Part shown: piece by piece, positions 56,070-64,000 of the stretch | Layout: each line of letters begins with the position of its first letter | Position numbering within the stretch: position 1 is the stretch's first letter | Source: a virus | Strand: one strand, 5' to 3' | DNA: 64,000 nt | IMG/VR virus record: IMGVR_UViG_3300005830_000045 | Span: 1 to 64,000 of that record | Made by a program: the position numbers and the translations under genes | Notes under the pieces: model-generated | Seen by the model: the letters and a program-made list of their open reading frames with translations, nothing else | What the model was told of the DNA's origin: nothing | Databases searched by the model: none

Positions 56070-59000
56070 ATGCATGATTCAGAAAAGAAAGAAGATTTTG
56101 TTCATCTCCACACTCATAGTGATTTGAGTCAGCTTGACGGCTGCGGAAAGATTTCTGATTACGTGGACGCAGCCCATAAGCGTGGAAATCCAGCAATCTC
56201 GTTCACTGATCATGGAACTATGAGAGGATACATGACGCAGTATGAGGAGTGCAAGAGGGCTGGAATCAAGCCAATCTACGGGGTTGAATTCTACGTTTCT
56301 CGAAATATGTACCGTAAGGGTATCACCGCTGAAGAAAAGACGGAACTTTCAAAGGGCAGGACCAAGGCGCAAGCGAAGGAGGTGATTGCGCAATACGAAA
56401 TAAATGAAGGGATCAGAAAGCGTTGGCACCTGACGGTGCACGCCGAAACAGAAGCGGGGCTGAAAAACCTTTTCAGACTGACCTCGAAAGCTTTCATTGA
56501 AGGTTTTTACTACAAGCCTCGAATAGATATTGAAACGCTCTGCGAGCACAGCGAAGGTTTGATTGTTTCTTCTGGTTGCGTTGGAAGTCCAGTCAATAGT
56601 AATTGGTTTGAAGGGAATAGGCGTTATGCCGTTGAAGTATCAGATAAGTTGCATGAGGTGTTCCAAGACCGTTATATGATTGAAATTCAGCCGCACGATA
56701 TAGCAGAACAGCTGGAAGCGAATAAGTTGGCTGTGAAACTCAGGAAAAGATATGGCGGGAAATCGCGTCTTGTCGCGACGCAAGATGCTCATTATATCAA
56801 CAAAAGTGATGCCGTTCACCACGATGTTCTTCTTTGCATAGGCACAGGAAGTTATCTTTCAGACCCAAAGCGTATGAAGTTTGACGGCGATGAATTTCAT
56901 ATGCGAACACGTCGTGAGATGATTCGAGCATTCATGAAGTGGCACAGCGGATTGACCAAGGGCCAAATAAAAGAGGCATTGGACACCACGATGCTCTTCC
57001 ACGAGCGTTGCAACGTCAAACTCAATATTGACTATCACGCAGCCTTGCTTCCTGATCCTGGTATCCCTCCTGAATATGTCGATGATTTCTCGTATTTGAA
57101 AGATTTGTGCATTCAAGGTTGGAGCTGGAGAGAAATACCGGCAAGGGCTTTAGCGTATTCGGTGAAACACGGGGTGCCTTACGAGGAAGCTTTGTCGCTT
57201 TACAGCAAACGTTTGAAGCATGAACTTGGAGCTATAAAGAAGCAAAGATTTGTTCCGTATTTTATTCTAATACACGACTTGTATCGTTGGGCACGCGGTG
57301 AGAATATAATGGTTGGCCCTGGTCGTGGAAGCGTAGCAGGTTGCCTAATTGGGTATCTGATCGGATTGACTTCTGTTGACCCTATTGATCATGGGTTGAT
57401 CTTTGAGCGATTCATCAACCCAAATCGTATCGACATGCCTGATATTGATATGGACTTTGAAGACAGGAGAAGGCAAGAGGTTTTTGCATACCTCAGGAGG
57501 AAGTACGGTGAAGACAAAGTTTGCCAAATTGCCACCGTTGGCAAGCTATCCGGGAAGCAGTGTCTCAAGGATGTTTCTCGCGTTCTACAGGTTCCATACG
57601 CGGAAGTCAACCAGGTGACAAATTCCATCATCGAGCGTTCTAGCGGGGATGAACGGGCATCGCAGACAATTGAAGACTCTTTCAAGGAGTTTGAAATATG
57701 TCGAGATTTTGATAAGAGATACCCGAAAGTTTTGTATCATTCAAAACGTCTTGAAGGCATGGCCAAAAACTTGGGAATACACGCTGCAGGAGCTGTTGCC
57801 TCTCCGGTGCCGCTGACAGATATCATCCCTCTGGAAGTGAGGAAGCATAATGGGAAAGATGTTATAGTCTCAGCCGTGGACATGTACGGCGTTGCTGCGA
57901 GTGGTTTGGTAAAGCTCGATGTTTTAGGTTTGCGCACACTCACCGTTTTGAAAGAAGCGACAGAAGCGATAGAAGAAAGGCATGGCAGGAAGATTGACCT
58001 TGAATCAGCAGAAGTTGATTTGAGCGACCCGAAAGTTTTGAAGGGGTTCACAGATCACGATTATGGAGGCGTTTTTCAGTATGATACGCCTTCAGCGGAC
58101 AAGGTCTGTTCAGGCGTCAAGTTCTCTTCTTTCGAGGACATTGCCGCCATGACAGCTCTCAACAGGCCAGGCACATCCAGAAGCGGTTTGGCATCCCGAT
58201 ATGTGGACAGAAAAAAGAATCCAGAGAAAGCAAAGAAACACGATTTCCATCCAGCTGTTTCCGAGATAACGAAGGACACGTTGGGCATTATCGTGTACCA
58301 AGAGCACGTCATAAAGATATTCACAGACATCGCTGGATTTGCTCCGGCAACGGCTGACTCTTTGCGTAAAACAATCGCTAAAAAGATTGGCGATGAAACC
58401 ATGGGGAAGGAACGTGCCAACTTTGTTGCTGGAGCTGTTGAGAAAACGGGAATGGACGAGAAAACCGCACATAAGATTATGGACGCGATAACTTTTTTCG
58501 GGTGCGTTCCTTGGTGGACGCAAATAGCAACGCCATTTGGGCCAAGGGCAATTGATTCTTTGTCTGATGGTGATGAAATTTACAGCGTTGAAGAATGCGG
58601 GAAAGTTGTCATCAATACCATAAAGACGGTCACAAGCACAGGGCCAAAGGATTTGTATCGAATAACTGCGAGCGGTTTTATGGTTGATTCTTCCAACGAC
58701 CACTATTGGGAGTGCATGGAAGGAGGTTACAAAAAGGCTAGTGAGCTTTGTGAAGGTGAATTCATATCGTATGTTATGGGGCATGGATTCAAATCATCCG
58801 AAAAAGAAAAGCTTTTGCTTGAAGAAGGATTGCGCAAGGGAAGTGTTTTGCCGAGGATTGTGCAGCCTTCATTATCAGAGACAGTACAGAAAGAAGCGGA
58901 CAGAAAAGGGCAACCCTGTGAGCAGTGCGCACAACAAGTGGCCCGGAGCACCGGGCAAGGGTTGGAAAAGGGGCAAAAACAAGAATACGCATCCAGGGAT

Positions 59001-60836
59001 AGCAGCGCACGCGAAAGCTATGATGGGAGAGTTGAATCCGGCTTGGACAGACTGGAGTTATTCAGAATTCAAAATAATGAAAGATACGCTGCTGGAAAAG
59101 ATAAAGGTCTGCCAAAGGTGCGGTTGCCCTCCGGACGAGGGAAGCGATGCCCCGAATGTGAGAGTTTTGCACGTCCACCACAAGAACAGAAACAAAAAGG
59201 ACAATTCGGCGGACAACTTGGAAGTTCTCTGTCAATCTTGTCACAGCAAGGAGCATTGGGAGGAAAAGCACTCTGGTGGATTCGGGTGGATGAAATTCGT
59301 CAAATAGCAGATAGATCAACGCACAGAAGTGGTTGCCCTGCTAGGGATATTGAGTGTTATGACATAGAGGTTGATTCTAGTCCATGTAATTATGTGGCTA
59401 ACGGAATAATATGCCATAATTCCTATGGATTCAATAAGAGCCATGCAACAGCTTATGGGATGATAGCGTTTTGGTGCATGTTTCTCAAGACCTATTATCC
59501 TCTTGAGTTTTATTGGTCGCTGTTGAAAAACGAGCCAGACCGTGTCCGGATACAACAGTTGGCGAAACACGCAAAGAAGAAAGGCATATCATTCTTGTCG
59601 CCTTCTGTGAACACTTCCAAGGCGCACTTTGCCATAGATGATAGTCGTGGAGCAATTCGAGGTTCCCTTGTAGACATAAAAGGAGTTGGGACAGCGGCAG
59701 CGAAAGCTATTATGGCGACGCAGCCTTATACTGACTTTTTTGACTTCCTTGATCGAGTAGACAAGAGAAAGGTTCACAAAGGCGTCGTGGCTTCTCTTGT
59801 CCGGGCAGGAGCACTGGATGATTTGGTCCCCAATCCTCGGTGGCTTATTGAGAACATGGAAGCATTCTGGAAGCAAGTTGCGAAGAAGTCAGAGGAAGCG
59901 CAGAAAGAAGCAAGGCGGATGATTGAGGCGTCAAAGGATGAAAAGTCTTGGGACGCAGAGGAAAAGCAGCTTATCGCTTCCAAGGTGAACCCTCTTGCTT
60001 TCGGGAAGCACCCGATGGATACTTACAAGGATTTCTTGAATAAAAACGTGAAGATAAAGATTGCAGATATGTCAGCTGGTGATTTCTATGAGAGGAATGA
60101 TGGAAGAATAGTCCTTGTCGGTGGAACTATAGTGGAAGTGAAACTCAATCAAATAGGTGACTTTCACACTGGAAGGCTGCCGACTGAAGAGGAACGTGAG
60201 CGTATGTTTTGGGGGAAACGTTATGCTAACGTAAACATAGAAGATATTGGCGGAGTTCAGAATAGAATCAAGTTTGATTGGGACGTTTACCCTGGTATGC
60301 GTCCTGTTATTGAATTAGGTTTGGGTGCTCCGGTGCTCGTGATGGCCTCTGTGAATGCGAAATTTGAGAACATGAGGGCTTTTTTCGCAGTCGATTTGGA
60401 GGGGATGAGAAAGAAGTTGATTTCGGGGAAACCATTGGGCATGTGGGAAAGCATTGTGACCGGAAACCATCCTGTGAAGCACATAAAGGCTAAGAGCGAT
60501 GCCGTCAAAAGAGCCATGTGGACCAATAAATATTACAGGATGTCTCCGAAAGGAGGTCCATTTTGGGGTGTTGTGACGAACATTCGTTTGAAATACGACA
60601 AGCGCGGTCAACTTATGGCTTTCTTTGGTCTTATTGGCGGCAACGGTTTCATGATTGATGTAATTTGCTTTGCTTCTCAATGGGAATTTGTCAAAACTGT
60701 AATCAGCGTTGAACAGGTGTTGAAGATAGAAATAGGCAGATCAAGAGAAAGAGGCAGAGGAGTGTCTCACATTTTCAACGGTGGCTTGGTAAAAAGTTTC
60801 AAGTCTGTTTGTGAAAAGGAGAAAGAAGATGAGTAA
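56070..60836 (+). CDS. dnaE: DNA polymerase III alpha subunit, intein-containing
   Basis: FVHLHTHS..S.LDG, TDHG, GPGRGS, MPDIDMDF, GIHAAG, KLDVLGL, YQE, YGFNKSHA. Confidence 0.97.
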   Translation: MHDSEKKEDFVHLHTHSDLSQLDGCGKISDYVDAAHKRGNPAISFTDHGTMRGYMTQYEECKRAGIKPIYGVEFYVSRNMYRKGITAEEKTELSKGRTKAQAKEVIAQYEINEGIRKRWHLTVHAETEAGLKNLFRLTSKAFIEGFYYKPRIDIETLCEHSEGLIVSSGCVGSPVNSNWFEGNRRYAVEVSDKLHEVFQDRYMIEIQPHDIAEQLEANKLAVKLRKRYGGKSRLVATQDAHYINKSDAVHHDVLLCIGTGSYLSDPKRMKFDGDEFHMRTRREMIRAFMKWHSGLTKGQIKEALDTTMLFHERCNVKLNIDYHAALLPDPGIPPEYVDDFSYLKDLCIQGWSWREIPARALAYSVKHGVPYEEALSLYSKRLKHELGAIKKQRFVPYFILIHDLYRWARGENIMVGPGRGSVAGCLIGYLIGLTSVDPIDHGLIFERFINPNRIDMPDIDMDFEDRRRQEVFAYLRRKYGEDKVCQIATVGKLSGKQCLKDVSRVLQVPYAEVNQVTNSIIERSSGDERASQTIEDSFKEFEICRDFDKRYPKVLYHSKRLEGMAKNLGIHAAGAVASPVPLTDIIPLEVRKHNGKDVIVSAVDMYGVAASGLVKLDVLGLRTLTVLKEATEAIEERHGRKIDLESAEVDLSDPKVLKGFTDHDYGGVFQYDTPSADKVCSGVKFSSFEDIAAMTALNRPGTSRSGLASRYVDRKKNPEKAKKHDFHPAVSEITKDTLGIIVYQEHVIKIFTDIAGFAPATADSLRKTIAKKIGDETMGKERANFVAGAVEKTGMDEKTAHKIMDAITFFGCVPWWTQIATPFGPRAIDSLSDGDEIYSVEECGKVVINTIKTVTSTGPKDLYRITASGFMVDSSNDHYWECMEGGYKKASELCEGEFISYVMGHGFKSSEKEKLLLEEGLRKGSVLPRIVQPSLSETVQKEADRKGQPCEQCAQQVARSTGQGLEKGQKQEYASRDSSARESYDGRVESGLDRLELFRIQNNERYAAGKDKGLPKVRLPSGRGKRCPECESFARPPQEQKQKGQFGGQLGSSLSILSQQGALGGKALWWIRVDEIRQIADRSTHRSGCPARDIECYDIEVDSSPCNYVANGIICHNSYGFNKSHATAYGMIAFWCMFLKTYYPLEFYWSLLKNEPDRVRIQQLAKHAKKKGISFLSPSVNTSKAHFAIDDSRGAIRGSLVDIKGVGTAAAKAIMATQPYTDFFDFLDRVDKRKVHKGVVASLVRAGALDDLVPNPRWLIENMEAFWKQVAKKSEEAQKEARRMIEASKDEKSWDAEEKQLIASKVNPLAFGKHPMDTYKDFLNKNVKIKIADMSAGDFYERNDGRIVLVGGTIVEVKLNQIGDFHTGRLPTEEERERMFWGKRYANVNIEDIGGVQNRIKFDWDVYPGMRPVIELGLGAPVLVMASVNAKFENMRAFFAVDLEGMRKKLISGKPLGMWESIVTGNHPVKHIKAKSDAVKRAMWTNKYYRMSPKGGPFWGVVTNIRLKYDKRGQLMAFFGLIGGNGFMIDVICFASQWEFVKTVISVEQVLKIEIGRSRERGRGVSHIFNGGLVKSFKSVCEKEKEDE
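58503..59420 (+). mobile_element. Intein in DnaE (306 aa)
   Basis: FFG|CVPWWTQIAT (block A), SSNDHYW (block B), CYDIEV..NYVANGIICHN|S (blocks F/G); removal restores FFGSYGFNKSH. Confidence 0.93.
58771..59307 (+). CDS. HNH endonuclease overprinted in the +1 frame inside the intein (start 58771 or 58783)
   Basis: C..DC....RGLC..HY Zn finger, GELNPAW, CQRC..LHVHHKNRNKKDNSADNLEVLCQSCHSKEH. Confidence 0.88.
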   Translation: MLWGMDSNHPKKKSFCLKKDCAREVFCRGLCSLHYQRQYRKKRTEKGNPVSSAHNKWPGAPGKGWKRGKNKNTHPGIAAHAKAMMGELNPAWTDWSYSEFKIMKDTLLEKIKVCQRCGCPPDEGSDAPNVRVLHVHHKNRNKKDNSADNLEVLCQSCHSKEHWEEKHSGGFGWMKFVK

Positions 60837-61320
60837 CACGACGATCAGAGACATCGCTCACGACGTTCAGCGGGACAACCCGCACCTTGGTTCCAAATCT
60901 GATGTTGAGCACTTGATCAAAGAGGTTTTTGGCGTCATCCTTGAGCGTTGCGCGAAAGGTGACAATGTGAAGGTGAGAGGATTTGGCGTTTTCGCGGCAT
61001 CAAACTTCAAAGGCAGAACACTTCGCAGCCCGTTGATGAAAGGCGGATTGATTGAATTCGCAGATCAGCTTGTTCTTCGATTCAGGCAGTCGCAATCCGC
61101 AAAGGGGAAGATCAATGAGATTGCCGCTGAGTTCGCTCCGAAAAATAACAAGTCGATTGAAAATGAAGCTTCTGCCGATGAAAAGGCTGTCGAAAAAAAG
61201 AAGGTAGAAAAGGCTTCATCGAAGAAGTCATCGCCAGCCAAGAAGCGTTCCAAGAAGAAGCCTGTTGCTGGAAGCAGAGAGGAAGATTTCTCCGAGTTCT
61301 CAGCACCGGCAACCGAGTAG
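60829..61320 (+). CDS. HU/IHF-like DNA-binding protein with Lys-rich tail
   Basis: GDNVKVRGFGVF....R..RSP....LRFRQS..K..IN. Confidence 0.85.
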   Translation: MSNTTIRDIAHDVQRDNPHLGSKSDVEHLIKEVFGVILERCAKGDNVKVRGFGVFAASNFKGRTLRSPLMKGGLIEFADQLVLRFRQSQSAKGKINEIAAEFAPKNNKSIENEASADEKAVEKKKVEKASSKKSSPAKKRSKKKPVAGSREEDFSEFSAPATE

Positions 61321-61325
61321 TCTTC

Positions 61326-61904
61326 ATGCCATTTTCAAAGAGCACCATCACCGTCAACGGCCACGAGGTCACTTTGGACACTGACTATGATTTGCAAGTG
61401 GGCGCGTTGTCTGGAGACATGGACAAGGTTGCTGCCCAAATGGGATTCTGGGGCAGTGTATGGGCAGCAGCGGTAAAAGAAAGAGCAGAAGCAGAGGCGC
61501 ACTATCGTTATTGGCGGGCAAAGGCCTCTGAAGAGGTTTTGGCATCAGAACCAAAGTTGGCGGAGTGGAAAGTCAAACTCAAGGTGGAAGCAGACCCGAG
61601 ATTTGTGACATACAAGCAAGCTCTTGCTCTTGCAGACCGGAACGTGGTGTTGGCTAAATCTGCATTTGATTCTTTTGATAAAAAGGCGAACCAACTTCAA
61701 TCCAAAGGCGCAATGCATCGTTCCGAGCTTGACGCTACGGATATGCACACCCCGAAAAATCCGAAAACTTCATCGAAGAAAAGCGCATCAGTTTCAGCTC
61801 CAAAAGGCAAAACTTTTCAGAAGAAGGCTGCCGCAAAAAACGCTTCTGATTCTGATGATCCAAGAGTTTCAGCGATGAAGGACATTTTCAGTAAAAAGAA
61901 GTAG
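61326..61904 (+). CDS. UvsY-like recombination mediator (putative)
   Basis: Helical; KLAEWKVKLKVEADPRF..FDKKANQLQS; lies beside SSB and RecA. Confidence 0.5.
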   Translation: MPFSKSTITVNGHEVTLDTDYDLQVGALSGDMDKVAAQMGFWGSVWAAAVKERAEAEAHYRYWRAKASEEVLASEPKLAEWKVKLKVEADPRFVTYKQALALADRNVVLAKSAFDSFDKKANQLQSKGAMHRSELDATDMHTPKNPKTSSKKSASVSAPKGKTFQKKAAAKNASDSDDPRVSAMKDIFSKKK

Positions 61905-61943
61905 CAAGGCGCGCCAACGTAGCGCCAACAAAAGGAGGTTTCT

Positions 61944-63164
61944 GTGGGAATTGATATGAAGTGTATGCGTAGAACGTATGACGAGAATCAGCGTGGAGGC
62001 GACATCTGGACGGCTGATGTTGGCGTGACCATGGTCTATATCCATGGACAATGTCGAGAGGATGGCCATGAACCGACCAAGGGCTTGAACCATGTTCCGG
62101 TTGTCGTTCACTATGGTCTTGGTCGCGATGGCCGGCAAATGGTTGTTTGTTTGGATCAAGAGAGGAATCCTATTGTCACGCATCCGTTCGTGAAAGCGTA
62201 TTTGAAATCAAAAGGTGTAAAGATTGGCAAGAAGTGCCCTGTTTGTCGTGCGATTGAAAGCGGAGAAATGGACGCTGATCAAGCTGACCGTTCTGCTCCT
62301 ACAACCAGATTTCTTTGGGGTGTCACGCCTATCGCTCACAAACCATCGAAATCTTCCGAGGGATGGAATAAGCTCACGCCAAAGCCGCAGTGCACTTTCG
62401 TTGGTTCTACGCTTTACAACGGTTTCATGGATTTGTTTTTTGAAAATGGGGATATCACAGACTTGGACCAAGCAACTTTTGCCTTGATCTATCGCACTGG
62501 GAAGGGGCAATATGACACAAAGTACGAGGTGAAGATTGATCCGGCCACGCTGAAATCTCCGAAAAAGATTCCAGGAGCGTTGCGACGGGTATTGATCAAG
62601 TCTGTCTCGAAAGATGGCGATTGTGATCTTTTCCGTATTGTCGCGAACATGGTCAAAAGCACGGAAGATATCAAAGGCTTGCTTTCTGGTGCAACTGTCG
62701 ACACGTCTGAAGGCGATGACGATGACTTTGATGAAGGCGATTTGGTCGATGATGATAGTGTCTTGGGCGATGATGAACTTGATGACGGTGGTGATGGCCT
62801 CGATGACGGTGGTGATGGCCTCGATGATGACGGTGATGACGGTGATGACTTTGACGGCGATGACGGCGATGAAGGCGATGACTTTGACGGTGAACTCGAT
62901 GACGGTGATGATCTTCTTGGCGAGGATGGTGACGAGGCAGCCGCAAGCGAGGATACACCCGAGGATACAGGCGATGATGAAGAAGAGGCAGAGGAGGCAG
63001 AAGAGGACACCTCTGGCGATGACGATGATGACTTGGGCCTTGATGAGTTGGATGCTGAACTCGAAAGGGTGACCAAAAAGGCAATCGAAAATAAAGCGAA
63101 GAAAGCTGGCAAGCTTGTCATCAAGCCTGCCAAAAAGCGTATAAATAAGAAAGCAAAAGCCTAA
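61944..63164 (+). CDS. Single-stranded DNA-binding protein (gp32-like) with long acidic region
   Basis: VHY..VC..CPVC, DITD..G.G..DTKYEV; Asp/Glu-rich C-terminal half. Confidence 0.75.
   Translation: MGIDMKCMRRTYDENQRGGDIWTADVGVTMVYIHGQCREDGHEPTKGLNHVPVVVHYGLGRDGRQMVVCLDQERNPIVTHPFVKAYLKSKGVKIGKKCPVCRAIESGEMDADQADRSAPTTRFLWGVTPIAHKPSKSSEGWNKLTPKPQCTFVGSTLYNGFMDLFFENGDITDLDQATFALIYRTGKGQYDTKYEVKIDPATLKSPKKIPGALRRVLIKSVSKDGDCDLFRIVANMVKSTEDIKGLLSGATVDTSEGDDDDFDEGDLVDDDSVLGDDELDDGGDGLDDGGDGLDDDGDDGDDFDGDDGDEGDDFDGELDDGDDLLGEDGDEAAASEDTPEDTGDDEEEAEEAEEDTSGDDDDDLGLDELDAELERVTKKAIENKAKKAGKLVIKPAKKRINKKAKA
62781..62827 (+). repeat. 21-bp tandem repeat (GATGACGGTGGTGATGGCCTC x2+) in the SSB acidic tract
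   Basis: Seen directly; encodes DDGGDGL repeats. Confidence 0.85.
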
Positions 63165-63306
63165 TAGGCTTTCAAGGAGTTGGGCGAACCTCACATGCCG
63201 CCGATAGCCGATTCAATGGCCTCTGCCTGGGCTTGCGGGAAATTGGGAAAGTTTGGGGTGACACTCCGGAGAGACGGGGCCAATCTTTTTGCTTGAGGTA
63301 TTTTCC

Positions 63307-64000
63307 ATGGACGCGCCCAAAACTAAATCTTCAAAAAAGACTAAAATAGGAATAAGATTCTCCGAGTTTCACGACAAGCCTCTGCCTACTGAAAACATTA
63401 CAGAATTGTTGAACGGCATGAGGAAAGACCTTGGGGACGAAAGCGTTATGCTCGCTGATGGCGAGGATATAAATGTGGAAGTACGAGGTGTTATCTCCAC
63501 GCAATGCGCTGCTTTGGATCACGCTATAGGCCGAAAAGGTGTGCCCCTTGGGCGGCTGACGATATTGCATGGTCCAGAGGGTTGCGGGAAAACTACTCTT
63601 GCTCTTCACATAATTTCAGAGGTCCAAAGAATAGGCGGAATAGCAGTATTCTTGGATAAGGAATACAAATTAGACATTGATTATGCGAAAGCATTAGGCG
63701 TTGACCGTTCAAGGTTACTTCTGAATCAGCCGAATACGCTTGAAGATGTATTCCGCTACATTGAAGTTGCGATTTCTCATGCTGCAAAGTTGCGAGAGAA
63801 GTTGGGCAGGCGTATTCCGGTTGTTGTCGTTCTTGACTCGATGAATGCTGCGATAACAAAGGCGCAATTTGAAGGTGAGTGGGACGATAAGCACATGGCT
63901 CCGCAAGCTCGATGCTATAGTCAAAACTTGCCAAAATTGATGCCTCTTGTTTACAAAGAAGATGTTGCTTTGGTTTGGATTAGTCAAATCCGAAAGAAGA
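63307..64000 (+). CDS. recA: RecA-family recombinase, truncated by window end; absent from the ORF track
   Basis: Manual translation: IST..ALD.AIG..GVP.GR...GPEGCGKTTLAL, FLD.E..LD..YAKALGVD, QP, VVLDS, QAR, ISQIR. Confidence 0.95.
   Translation, partial: MDAPKTKSSKKTKIGIRFSEFHDKPLPTENITELLNGMRKDLGDESVMLADGEDINVEVRGVISTQCAALDHAIGRKGVPLGRLTILHGPEGCGKTTLALHIISEVQRIGGIAVFLDKEYKLDIDYAKALGVDRSRLLLNQPNTLEDVFRYIEVAISHAAKLREKLGRRIPVVVVLDSMNAAITKAQFEGEWDDKHMAPQARCYSQNLPKLMPLVYKEDVALVWISQIRKK

Noticed and set aside
58493-58499. T TTT TTC slippery heptamer just before the intein Cys, identical to the tail-chaperone site, as a route to expressing the HNH
   Set aside because: A -1 shift enters the wrong frame (the HNH is +1) and meets TGA after about 20 codons; the sequence simply encodes Thr-Phe-Phe.
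62208-63194. Several long ORFs in alternative frames (Ser-, His-, Met/Thr- or Ile-rich)
   Set aside because: By-products of the GAT/GAC/GGT low-complexity tract encoding the SSB acidic region.
1-64000. tRNA/rRNA genes, integrase, transposases, alternative genetic code
   Set aside because: None recognised by eye. Genes are full length under the standard code with all three stop codons in use.

Overview
A 64-kb segment of a large contractile-tailed (myovirus-type) dsDNA phage or prophage genome. All credible genes lie on the + strand and both ends truncate genes. 1-34.9 kb is morphogenesis: Mu gpF-like head protein end, XkdF-like protease, scaffold, HK97-fold capsid, about 7 kb of accessory virion/fibre genes, neck, sheath, tube, frameshifted tail chaperone, tape measure, baseplate and fibres. 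35-37.3 kb is a membrane/lysis-like cassette with no recognisable endolysin. 37.5-64 kb covers replication and expression: SF2 helicase, initiator-like protein, DnaC-like loader, DnaB, primase, CobS/CobT-like pair, an extended sigma factor, a nucleotide-metabolism cluster, DnaE, HU, UvsY-like, gp32-like SSB and RecA. The best candidates for new biology are: (1) a 306-aa DnaE intein with no recognisable in-frame endonuclease but a complete HNH endonuclease gene overprinted in the +1 frame, exactly between its splicing blocks; (2) a six-enzyme cluster (flavoenzyme, dNTPase-HAD fusion, divergent ThyX, methyltransferase, class-III aminotransferase, NMP kinase) that looks like a pre-replicative DNA base-modification pathway; (3) an apparently split prohead protease, and a second gene sharing the scaffold's C-terminal motif. 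All assignments come from motif recognition by eye; no searches were run.
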